Assembly (NCBI GenBank): GCA_043802785.1
Contig: JAZDKR010000024.1
Span: 97-64,096, forward strand
Source of the DNA: Elusimicrobiota bacterium
GTDB lineage: Bacteria > Elusimicrobiota > UBA8919
Direction: 5' to 3'
DNA: 64,000 nt
Part shown: in pieces, positions 17,082-25,781 of the stretch
How positions within the stretch are numbered: position 1 is the first letter of the stretch
How the letters are laid out: each line of letters opens with the position of its first letter
Notes under the pieces: generated by a model
The model's database searches: none
Seen by the model: only the letters and a program-made list of their open reading frames with translations
Told to the model about the DNA's origin: nothing
Translations under genes and position numbers: made by a program

Positions 17082-17993
17082 TTATTTTAAGTATTTTCTG
17101 AAAAATTCGCCGACTCTTCTTTCATATTCAATCGGATTTTTGCTGTGTGATTCCATATGATCAGCATCGGCAACTTCCCAAAACTCCTTTGGTGAACCTG
17201 CAATATTATATAATTTTTTTCCTTCTTCAATAGGAATTCTTTCGTCATTTGCACCGTGAATAAAAAATATCGGACGGGGAGAAATTTTAGAGACAAAATA
17301 TATCGCAGAAAATTTTTCTGGGTTAAAGCCAAGTCGCAACCTCGCAAATAGATATGTCACAGGTAACAGCGGATACTTAGGAACTTTATAAAAAAGTTTG
17401 GCATATCTTGAAACAATATAATTGAAACTTGAAAAAGGGGAATCAACAACTATCGCAGATATTCTATCGTCAATTGATGCGGTTAAAATTGAGATAGCAG
17501 CGCCCATAGACACACCGTATACACCAATTTTTTTTGAGAAGTCAGATTTTTCTTTTTTTAGAAAATCCACTGCACCAATCAGGTCAAGCATTTCCAATTT
17601 TCCGATTGATGTAATAAATCCACCGCTGTCGCCATGATTTCTGAAGTCAAAATACAAGAGGTTATATTTGCGCCTTAGTAAATATATCGTTGATGGAAAA
17701 ATGTCCGCTTTGTTGGTACCCCAACCGTGACAAACAATAATTGTTTTATTAGATTTTTCAGAAGAGCGCGAGTGGATGAACCAGCCGGAAATATCTATAT
17801 CATCGGAAGTTTTGAATTTTACTTTTTCGTAATTCAATCCAAAATCTGCCGGATTGATTTCATTCGCAAGTTTCTTAACTTTTAGTATTAGCGATGAGGA
17901 AAACCATCCCCAAATAAAAAAAAGTAAAACAAAAATGATTACAAAATTAAGAAACGCCGGTATTTTAAGAAATAAAATTTCTTTGATATGCAT
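17082..17993 (-). CDS. Membrane-anchored alpha/beta hydrolase.
   Basis: N-terminal TM helix, GVSMGAA nucleophile elbow, and a downstream Asp and His. Confidence 0.6.
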   Translation of the reverse strand: MHIKEILFLKIPAFLNFVIIFVLLFFIWGWFSSSLILKVKKLANEINPADFGLNYEKVKFKTSDDIDISGWFIHSRSSEKSNKTIIVCHGWGTNKADIFPSTIYLLRRKYNLLYFDFRNHGDSGGFITSIGKLEMLDLIGAVDFLKKEKSDFSKKIGVYGVSMGAAISILTASIDDRISAIVVDSPFSSFNYIVSRYAKLFYKVPKYPLLPVTYLFARLRLGFNPEKFSAIYFVSKISPRPIFFIHGANDERIPIEEGKKLYNIAGSPKEFWEVADADHMESHSKNPIEYERRVGEFFRKYLK

Positions 17994-17999
17994 CGGAAG

Positions 18000-18365
18000 G
18001 ATTGTTGGTAATAAAGATTAGGAGATTAGGAAAAAGAGTTAACTCCTCAAAACCAATTACTACTGCTGTGTCCCTAATTTCTTGACATTTGGCTGTTCCC
18101 GACAAATCGGGGCTCGTGGCAATCTCGGTATTAAAGTCGGGATTGCCTGCCCGACAGCTGTCAGGCGGGCTTCGGGCTTTGCCCTCGCAATGAGGCCGTG
18201 TCACAATTACCGTTTTTTTTGGTTTTGTCATTCCCGCATGTCTTTGGCGGGAATCCATTCTTCGACAATGACACAACTTGCTGGATTCCGTGTCAAGCAC
18301 GGAATGACGGACTTTTCAACAATTATGACACAGCCGCAATGACATGTAAAATATTTTATGCCCCC
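18000..18365. repeat. Cluster of nested palindromic elements spanning about 360 bp with no coding capacity.
   Basis: Motifs gtcattcccgc / cgggaatcc, ggattccgtgtcaagcacggaatgacgg and cgcaatgac. The plus-strand ORFs here (17965-18488) are artefacts of the repeats. Confidence 0.7.
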
Positions 18366-18369
18366 CAAT

Positions 18370-19452
18370 TTACAATTTTTCTTCTTTTCCTTCTTTTTTC
18401 GCCACAGACTCGCCTCGCTGCGAAGCGGGCGAACCTACTTGGTCAGCAGCGGGTATGCCGGCGGCTTTTTCGAATATTGCTTTCTTAATCTCGTCACTAA
18501 TCTTCGGGTTTTCCCTTAAAAATAACTTTGAGTTATCCATCCCTTGACCAAGTTTTTCGCCTTTATATACGAACCAACTACCGCTTTTTTCTATCACTGC
18601 GTATTCAACGCCGGTATCAATAATGCTTCCCTCCTGCGAAATTCCTTCGCCAAAAATCATTTCAAACTCCGTCTGTTTGAAAGGCGAGGCAACTTTATTC
18701 TTCACAACTTTAACGCGAACCCTTGTGCCTATTGCGACATCACCATCTTTAATAGTTGTCACTCGTCTGATATCCATTCGGATTGAGGCATAAAATTTTA
18801 AAGCCAAACCACCTGTTGTAGTTTCGGGATTGCCGAACATAACGCCTATTTTCTGTCTGATTTGATTGATGAAAATTATTGTAGTCTTTGATTTTGATAC
18901 GATGGCGGTAAGTTTTCTGATTGACTGGCTCATAAGCCTCGCCTGAAGTCCCATATGTGAATCACCCATTTCACCTTCAATTTCAGCTCGCGGAGTTAAC
19001 GCTGCAACGGAGTCAATAATAATTATGTCAACTGCATTGCTTCGGACAAGTTTTTCCGTAATTTCAAGTGCCTGCTCACCGGAATCCGGCTGAGAGATAA
19101 GAAGTTTGTCAATATCAACGCCGAGTTTTGTTGCATAAACGGGATCCATCGCATGCTCGGCATCAATATATGCGCAGGTCCCACCCAATTTTTGGGCACT
19201 GGAAATTACCTGAAGGCAAAGCGTGGATTTACCCGACGATTCAGGCCCATAAATTTCAACGATTCGCCCTTTCGGAATTCCGCCGACACCAAGTGCCACA
19301 TCAAGTCCGATAATCCCCGTCGGAATTGCTTCAACTTTTTGATGCGGGCTCTCACCGAGACGCATCACGGCACCTTTTCCGTATTCTTTTTCTATCTGTG
19401 AAAGTGCCAACTCCAACGCCTTTTCCTTGTCCGATTTTTCCGCCTTTGACAT
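18370..19452 (-). CDS. recA: Recombinase RecA. The C-terminal tail contains a repeat-derived segment at about 18400-18470.
   Basis: RecA core ([10 protein letters not shown] and so on). The C-terminal [16 protein letters not shown] is encoded by a ctcgcctcgc...gcgaagcgggc element shared with ctpA. Confidence 0.9.
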   Translation of the reverse strand: MSKAEKSDKEKALELALSQIEKEYGKGAVMRLGESPHQKVEAIPTGIIGLDVALGVGGIPKGRIVEIYGPESSGKSTLCLQVISSAQKLGGTCAYIDAEHAMDPVYATKLGVDIDKLLISQPDSGEQALEITEKLVRSNAVDIIIIDSVAALTPRAEIEGEMGDSHMGLQARLMSQSIRKLTAIVSKSKTTIIFINQIRQKIGVMFGNPETTTGGLALKFYASIRMDIRRVTTIKDGDVAIGTRVRVKVVKNKVASPFKQTEFEMIFGEGISQEGSIIDTGVEYAVIEKSGSWFVYKGEKLGQGMDNSKLFLRENPKISDEIKKAIFEKAAGIPAADQVGSPASQRGESVAKKEGKEEKL

Positions 19453-19625
19453 AAAAACCCCTCCTTTTTTCAGTAGTAAGGATTAAGTTATAAGTTATAA
19501 GAATTAAGAAGTCAGGATTAAGAATTAAGTAGTAAGAATTAAGTAAAAACTTAATCCTTAATCCTTAATCCTTATCATTTACCACTTACCACTTACCACT
19601 TAATCCTACCTTGCCTTATTCTACC
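19453..19625. repeat. Arrays of GGATTAAG / CCTTAAT and CCACTTAC tandem units forming inverted repeats.
   Basis: Sequence aggattaag(n) ... cttaatccttaatccttaatcc ... ccacttaccacttaccactt. Confidence 0.7.
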
Positions 19626-19764
19626 AAGTTTTTCTGTAAAAAACAAGGAAAAAACCTTTATCTACAAACAGATCGCCCCTCGCCAGAGTTCGTCGCCTTT
19701 GGCGTGGCGAAGTCTGACGACGAGGGAGATATAAAGGCCGTAAAGCGTGAAGAACTTTCCAACT

Positions 19765-20694
19765 TTATAACTTTCTTTTCTGTATCTTGTACAGTTCTAA
19801 AAGATTTTTCAAAAGCATAACGGTTGTAGTTGCTCCGACTCCGCCGGGAACGGGTGTGATATAACCTGCCACCTCTTTTGCTTGGTCATATACAACATCG
19901 CCAACTATCCTCATTTTCGGCTTACCGGTTTTTTCATCAATCACAAGGTTGCCTTTTTCATCTTTCATCTGTATTCTGTTTATTCCGACATCTATTACGA
20001 TTGCTCCATTTCTCACCATATCACCTTTTATTAAACCGGGAACTCCGACGGCAACAATAAGTATTTCGGCACGCTTTGTATGACTTGCTAAATCCTTTGT
20101 TGCAATGTGGCATACCGTCGGCGTTGCAGATTCCAAAAGTGAAGAAAGAAGCATAAGTATTACCGGTTTTCCCACTATTTCGCTATGACCGACTATTACG
20201 GCTTCTTTGCCTTTGATATTCTCTCCCGTTGATTTTATGCACTCCATAACAGAAAGTGCGGTGCAGGGGGCAACGGTTGGTTGGACGCCAGCATATAAAA
20301 GTTTGCCAAGGTTTGCTGGTGTAACGCCTTCTACATCTAATTCATCCGGAATTGACATCTGAATTTTCCTTGAATTTATATGACCGGGCAATGGCATCTG
20401 TAAAATTATGCCTGTGATTTTTTCGTCCTGTCCCAATTTTCTAATTTCTGAAATTAAATCATCTTCCGAAATGTTGTTATCCAATTGAACAAGATTGTAC
20501 TCAATACCTACTTCTTCGCAAGATAACTTTTGATTTTTTACATAAACTTTACTAGCGGGGTTTTCGCCGACCTGCACGGCAACAAGAACCGGTTTTCTAC
20601 CCGACTGTCTCTTCAATAATTCCGACAACTCCGATTTAACCTCCGTTTTTATTCTCTCCGCAATAATATTGCCATCAATAATTTTCGCACTCAT
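19765..20694 (-). CDS. folD: Bifunctional 5,10-methylene-tetrahydrofolate dehydrogenase / cyclohydrolase.
   Basis: The MSAKIIDGNIIAERIK start and the overall FolD pattern. Confidence 0.85.
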   Translation of the reverse strand: MSAKIIDGNIIAERIKTEVKSELSELLKRQSGRKPVLVAVQVGENPASKVYVKNQKLSCEEVGIEYNLVQLDNNISEDDLISEIRKLGQDEKITGIILQMPLPGHINSRKIQMSIPDELDVEGVTPANLGKLLYAGVQPTVAPCTALSVMECIKSTGENIKGKEAVIVGHSEIVGKPVILMLLSSLLESATPTVCHIATKDLASHTKRAEILIVAVGVPGLIKGDMVRNGAIVIDVGINRIQMKDEKGNLVIDEKTGKPKMRIVGDVVYDQAKEVAGYITPVPGGVGATTTVMLLKNLLELYKIQKRKL

Positions 20695-21278
20695 AGTTTT
20701 ACCTCAATTTTTTTTATTATTTTCTCATATTTTATTTTTGTTTCTTTCACAAATTCAACATCGTCCATACATTTTAGATTAGCATCTATATTGGATTTTG
20801 CCGATTCAATTCCTGCACGCAAAATTGACACACCGCAGGCGACATCGCTTATCAAATTTTTGTTTCCGATTTCTTTTAGTCGTTCCGCCAAAGTTAAAAC
20901 TCCGACGGATATTTCAAAAATTTTACAGGGAACTGATAACGCATTTTTTAATGCTATTTGGATTTTTTCACTTCTTAAAGTATCCTCTTTTGGCAATTTA
21001 TAGGCATCAGAAAGTTTGATATAGGCAGTAACATCTTCGTCTATGAAAGTTGTAAGTTGTAAGTTATAAGTTGTAAGTTTTCCCTGCATTTCTTTAAGTT
21101 CTGTTTGATGTTCTTCGTATCCCTTTTTGCCGATGGTAAAATTAACAACCATCAAAAGACAGGAGACACCCGTAGCAGAAACCAGAGCAGCGGCACTCCC
21201 ACCACCTGGCGCCGGTAATTTTGCGGACAAGTCGTCTAAATATTCTTTGATTGAACAATCTAAATATTTTTTTCTCAT
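20691..21278 (-). CDS. fchA: Methenyltetrahydrofolate cyclohydrolase / cyclodeaminase-domain protein (FchA-like).
   Basis: LPAPGGGSAAALVSATG is the FTCD_C-type signature. Overlaps folD. Confidence 0.65.
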   Translation of the reverse strand: MRKKYLDCSIKEYLDDLSAKLPAPGGGSAAALVSATGVSCLLMVVNFTIGKKGYEEHQTELKEMQGKLTTYNLQLTTFIDEDVTAYIKLSDAYKLPKEDTLRSEKIQIALKNALSVPCKIFEISVGVLTLAERLKEIGNKNLISDVACGVSILRAGIESAKSNIDANLKCMDDVEFVKETKIKYEKIIKKIEVKL

Positions 21279-21322
21279 ATTAAAATTTGCGACTACAGAT
21301 ACAGCAGAGCTTCGCTCTGCAA

Positions 21323-22921
21323 CTACAATTTTATCATCTTTACATCTTTAACTTCTGGTAGGTTTTTAATCTCGGATAGGATATTATCGGTTATCGGATT
21401 ATCCACATTTACAATAGTAATTGCATCGCCGCCGGCGGTTTTTCTGCCAAGTTCCATCGCTGCTATATTTATGGAGTTTTTGCCAAGTATCATACCTATT
21501 TTGCCGACAACACCGGGTTTGTCCACATTGGTAAAAACAAGGATGTTTTCCGAGAGTTCAACATCAACATAATAATCATTGATTTTTACTATCCGAACAT
21601 CCTTTTTTCCGAAAACGGTTCCTGAAATAATGTTCTCGGACTTTTCCGTTTTCAGTTTTAGAACTATGAGATTTGTAAAGTCCGCTGTTTCAGACACTCT
21701 TGATTCCGAAACTTTTATTCCTTTCTCCTGTGCGATAAACGATGCATTTATAAAATTCAAAAACCCAGTGTCACTTACTGGCTCAAGCACCCCTTTTACA
21801 GCGGCAATTGTCATCGGCGACAGGTCGTATTTTGCAACTTCGCCGGAATATTGTATTTCTATTGATAAAATAGCACCAGACATACTGCCTGAAAACTGCG
21901 ACGCATAAGAACCGAGTTTTTCTGCGAGGTTTATATACGGCTGCATTTTTTGGAGTATATCTGACGGAATAAATGGAAAATTGACCGCATTTCTTATTGT
22001 GCCATTTGTAAAAAATTCATCTAATTGTTTTGAGATTTCAACCGAAACATTTGTCTGCGCTTCCTCAGTTGATGCACCCAAATGCGGGGTCATTATCACA
22101 TTGTTCATCTCAAAAAACGGCGACTCTACAAGCGGCTCTTTTTCAAAAACATCCAGAGCGGCACCCTTTACTTTGCCGGATTTCAGTGTTTCGGCAAGCG
22201 CTTTTTCATCAATAAGTCCGCCTCTCGCACAGTTTATTATTCTGACACCATCTTTCATTTTTCCGATTGTTTCCGCATTTATAAGATATTTTGTCTGCTC
22301 GGTTTTGGGAGTGTGAACCGTTATGTAATCGGACCTTTTGAAAACTTCATCCAACGATACGGAGTCAACTCCAAGTTGCACTGCCCGTTCTTTCGAAACA
22401 AACGGGTCATAAACAAGCACTTTCATACCAAACGCCAATAGCCGTTTTGCAACTTCAATACCGATTTTTCCCAACCCGATAATTCCGACGGTCTTTCCGA
22501 AAACCTCAACGCCGACAAACTCCTTTTTCTTCCATTCACATTTTTTAAGCGATGCGTTTGCCTGCGGAATGTTTCTGGACAGGGAGAGAAGCATTGAAAC
22601 GGTATGCTCGGCAGCGGATATTGTATTACCGCCGGGAACATTCATCACAACAATCCCTTTTTTTGACGCCTCTTTGACATCAATGTTGTCCACACCTGTT
22701 CCGGCACGACCGATAATTTTGAGATTCTTCGCTATGTTCAGAACATCTTTTGTAACTTTTGTTTCGCTTCTTACCAAAAGTCCATCGTAATTTCCGATAA
22801 TCTGTAAAAGTTCTTCCGGTTTAAGCCCTGTTTTGACATCAACCGAAAATTCCGGATTTTTAATAAGAATTTCCACACCCTCATTTGCCAATGGATCAGA
22901 AACAAGAATCTTTTTCATCAC
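21323..22921 (-). CDS. serA: D-3-phosphoglycerate dehydrogenase with a C-terminal ACT domain.
   Basis: 2-hydroxyacid dehydrogenase motifs (GRAGTGVDNIDV, GIIGLGKIG) with an ASB/ACT tail. 532 aa. Confidence 0.85.
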   Translation of the reverse strand: MMKKILVSDPLANEGVEILIKNPEFSVDVKTGLKPEELLQIIGNYDGLLVRSETKVTKDVLNIAKNLKIIGRAGTGVDNIDVKEASKKGIVVMNVPGGNTISAAEHTVSMLLSLSRNIPQANASLKKCEWKKKEFVGVEVFGKTVGIIGLGKIGIEVAKRLLAFGMKVLVYDPFVSKERAVQLGVDSVSLDEVFKRSDYITVHTPKTEQTKYLINAETIGKMKDGVRIINCARGGLIDEKALAETLKSGKVKGAALDVFEKEPLVESPFFEMNNVIMTPHLGASTEEAQTNVSVEISKQLDEFFTNGTIRNAVNFPFIPSDILQKMQPYINLAEKLGSYASQFSGSMSGAILSIEIQYSGEVAKYDLSPMTIAAVKGVLEPVSDTGFLNFINASFIAQEKGIKVSESRVSETADFTNLIVLKLKTEKSENIISGTVFGKKDVRIVKINDYYVDVELSENILVFTNVDKPGVVGKIGMILGKNSINIAAMELGRKTAGGDAITIVNVDNPITDNILSEIKNLPEVKDVKMIKL

Positions 22922-22974
22922 GATATCTACCTCCTTAATTTTTATGTTTTGAGACCATTGAAAAATGCTATTAA

Positions 22975-23045
22975 CAGGTCGTTCCTACGGAACTTTTTAA
23001 CTTTATAACTTTATACTATTAACAGGACGCCCCTAACGGGGCTAA
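22975..23045. repeat. ctattaacagg-plus-hairpin (cgcccctaacggggc) dispersed element, 1.5 copies.
   Basis: Relatives at 16055-16090, 25600-25635, 25705-25740, 28540-28570 and 32445-32490. Confidence 0.6.
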
Positions 23046-23103
23046 ATTCTAACTTTCTAACTACAGATTTCATTATACAAAAAATTATGAGAATTTTCAA
23101 ACA

Positions 23104-23142
23104 AAAAAGCGACTCCGATTTATCGGAGCCGCTTTTTTATCA
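23104..23142. terminator. Bidirectional rho-independent terminator candidate downstream of gdhA.
   Basis: Sequence aaaaaagcgactccgatttatcggagccgctttttt: an A-run, a roughly 11-bp stem with one mismatch, then a T-run. Confidence 0.6.
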
Positions 23143-23167
23143 AAGATATGTTTTGATTTTTTGTGTT

Positions 23168-24523
23168 CTACACAATTCCATATGCAACCATTGCTTTGGC
23201 AACTTTTACAAATCCGGCAATGTTTGCACCCGCTAAATAATCACCTTTACAACCATAACTTTCGGCAGCTTCAAGGCAGGATTTATGTATACTTTTCATA
23301 ATCGCTAAAAGCCGACTGTCAACTTCTTCCCTGGTCCATGAAAGCCGCAAACTATTCTGGCTCATTTCTAAACCGGATGTCGCAACTCCTCCGGCATTAG
23401 TCGCTTTTGCAGGTCCGTACAAAGCACCGTGCGACTGAAAAACTTTTATGGCATCAAGATTTGAAGGCATATTGGCACCTTCTGCAACAGCAATGCAGCC
23501 ATTTTTAACAAGTGCTTCTGCATGGGCTTTGCCAATTTCATTTTGCGTGGCACAGGGCAGAGCAAGGTCAACTTTAAGCCCTCCCTCTTTTATCACATCC
23601 CATACACTCTTCCCTTCAAAGTACTTAACCTTAAATTTGTCCGCATATTCTTTTATTCTACCTCTACGGACATTTTTCAACTCCATAATGAAACTGAGTT
23701 TGTCCTTGTTGATACCTGCTTCATCTATAACGGTACCGTTTGAATCAGAAACGCTTATTACTTTCCCGCCCATCTGATTCACTTTTTCAATCGCATACTG
23801 TGCTACATTTCCGGAACCACTAACCGCGACAACCTTGTCTTTAAGGTCTTTCTTTTGTGTGGCAAGCATCTCGGCAACAAAATATACCAAGCCATAGCCC
23901 GTCGCTTCCGGTCGTATCAAACTTCCACCGTATTCAATACCTTTACCCGTCAAAATACCTTCGTGGGCATTAACAATTTTCTTGTAATAACCGTACATAT
24001 ATCCGATTTCTCTTCCGCCAACACCTATATCGCCGGCGGGGACATCTGTATCAGGCCCGATATGACGGTAAAGTTCTCGCATAAATGCTTGACAGAATCT
24101 CATAACCTCATTATCTGACTTGCCTTTTGGGTCAAAATCGGAACCACCTTTCCCGCCGCCCATAGGCAATGTTGTTAGAGAATTTTTGAATATCTGCTCA
24201 AAACCCAAAAATTTTACAATACTGAGATTGACGGATGGATGAAGACGCAGTCCACCTTTATATGGTCCGATTGCGTTATTAAATTGCACCCGAAAACCTC
24301 TGTTAACTTGCACTTCGCTTTTGTCATCAACCCAGGGAACTCTGAAAATTATTGCTCTATCTGGTTCGACAATTCTTTCGTAAATTTTTGCCTTAACAAA
24401 TTCCGGATGCTTTTCTACCGTTGGTTCCAGTGTATCCATAACCTCAGTTACTGCCTGAATGAACTCCGTCTGATTCCCATCTTTCTGCTGCACTTTTGCA
24501 ATTACATCACTGATAACTGACAT
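23168..24523 (-). CDS. gdhA: Glutamate dehydrogenase, NAD(P)-dependent.
   Basis: GGGKGGSDFDPKGKSD and the overall GDH family pattern. 451 aa. Confidence 0.9.
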   Translation of the reverse strand: MSVISDVIAKVQQKDGNQTEFIQAVTEVMDTLEPTVEKHPEFVKAKIYERIVEPDRAIIFRVPWVDDKSEVQVNRGFRVQFNNAIGPYKGGLRLHPSVNLSIVKFLGFEQIFKNSLTTLPMGGGKGGSDFDPKGKSDNEVMRFCQAFMRELYRHIGPDTDVPAGDIGVGGREIGYMYGYYKKIVNAHEGILTGKGIEYGGSLIRPEATGYGLVYFVAEMLATQKKDLKDKVVAVSGSGNVAQYAIEKVNQMGGKVISVSDSNGTVIDEAGINKDKLSFIMELKNVRRGRIKEYADKFKVKYFEGKSVWDVIKEGGLKVDLALPCATQNEIGKAHAEALVKNGCIAVAEGANMPSNLDAIKVFQSHGALYGPAKATNAGGVATSGLEMSQNSLRLSWTREEVDSRLLAIMKSIHKSCLEAAESYGCKGDYLAGANIAGFVKVAKAMVAYGIV

Positions 24524-24585
24524 ATATTCCTCCTGATAATTTAATTAGTTTCTCTGTTAGTTTTTCAACAGAAACTATTTACACA

Positions 24586-24616
24586 CAAGTTAATGCCGAC
24601 CAAGGTCGGCAACTAC
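24586..24616. repeat. GCAACTAC-family short element, an identical copy of 12238-12268.
   Basis: Sequence caagttaatgccgaccaaggtcggcaactac. Confidence 0.7.
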
Positions 24617-24822
24617 TCTGCCTACATCTTTCAAATTCCAATATGATACAATAAAAAAAGCCATCACACTTTACCAACTCTGGTAAAATTGAGGACCACT
24701 TTGTCGCTCTGGCTGGCTATTATAAATAATTTTTAATTTTTGTCAAGTGTTTTTTTGGTTTTTGTCCAACATTTTACAGGATTATTTAATAAGGTTAGTA
24801 TCGCATAGACAACGAATCGGAG

Positions 24823-25515
24823 TTATTTTTCAAAGTCAGCCATTATCAATATTGCTTCAGCAATCTCTTTCATTGATTTTCGTCTATCCATCGCCTGTTT
24901 TTGAATCATATGGTATGCAGAATCCTCCGACAAATTATTTTTTTTCATTAAAAATCCTTTTGCTCGTTCCACAAGTTTCCTGGTTTCAAGTTCTTCAGAA
25001 ATAACTTTTGTTTTCACCAAAAGTTCTGTGTTTTCAATAACAATTGCTGACTGATTTGCAACTGCTGTTAAAACGTTTTCTTCTTTTTTTGTAAATCTAT
25101 GCGGACTTGATGTATAAACATCTATTGCCCCAATCACTTTCCCTTTTACAACAAGTGGAACACACAATAAGGACACAAGTCCTTCTTTTTTGGCAATCTC
25201 TTTGTATTTGTAAAATTTACTTTTTGATATATTCAAAACTACAATTGGTTTTTTTTCCTTTACAACTTTTCCAGCAATTCCTTCACCTGTTTTCAAAGGC
25301 GGTTTTTTCAGATACTCCTCTGAAATTGATTGTGACGCTTTTATCACAAGTTCTTTTTTTTCATTAAGAAGCATCAGTGAACATATTTTTGAACCAAGTG
25401 CCTGGGCAGTAACTGTAACAATGAGTTTTAATATATCGTCACGGTAAAGTTCCGAAGTTATCGCTTGTGAAATTTTTGCAAGTGCTTTAATTATATTGTT
25501 AGAATCTTTTTTCAT
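24823..25515 (-). CDS. GAF-domain protein with a C-terminal ANTAR RNA-binding domain (antiterminator-type regulator).
   Basis: GAF fold in the N-terminal two-thirds. The C-terminal LVERAKGFLMKKNNLSEDSAYHMIQKQAMDRR matches the ANTAR signature. Confidence 0.7.
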   Translation of the reverse strand: MKKDSNNIIKALAKISQAITSELYRDDILKLIVTVTAQALGSKICSLMLLNEKKELVIKASQSISEEYLKKPPLKTGEGIAGKVVKEKKPIVVLNISKSKFYKYKEIAKKEGLVSLLCVPLVVKGKVIGAIDVYTSSPHRFTKKEENVLTAVANQSAIVIENTELLVKTKVISEELETRKLVERAKGFLMKKNNLSEDSAYHMIQKQAMDRRKSMKEIAEAILIMADFEK

Positions 25516-25594
25516 TTTTGTTTGGTTCCGCAGCCGCTACAAACAGAGCCTGCCTGACGGCAGGCGGGACTACGGGCTTCTTATGTTTTTCTAT

Positions 25595-25780
25595 ACATTT
25601 ATTCTATTAATGGGACGCCCCTACGGGGCTAACATCAGAGATTAAGAGATTGGGATATTAGGAGATTAGGGTTTTGACTTTTCCTAATTTTTATTCCATT
25701 TCTACAAACAGGTCAGCCCGATGGGGCTAAAAATCGTATTGCGTATTGCGTAATTCATAATTCATAATTCATAATTGCCC
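25595..25780. repeat. Composite repeat block: a ctattaa-hairpin element, a GAGATTAAG hairpin, a second hairpin element, then (cgtattg)2(ataattc)4.
   Basis: Read directly from the sequence. Confidence 0.6.
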
Positions 25781-25781
25781 T

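Noticed and set aside
17965-18488. Three overlapping ORFs (111, 86 and 96 aa) between the hydrolase gene and recA.
   Set aside because: They lie entirely in a block of nested palindromic repeats. Their peptides (for example WIPCQARNDG) are the same repeat-encoded strings found inside glmU. They are artefacts of repeat sequence, not genes.
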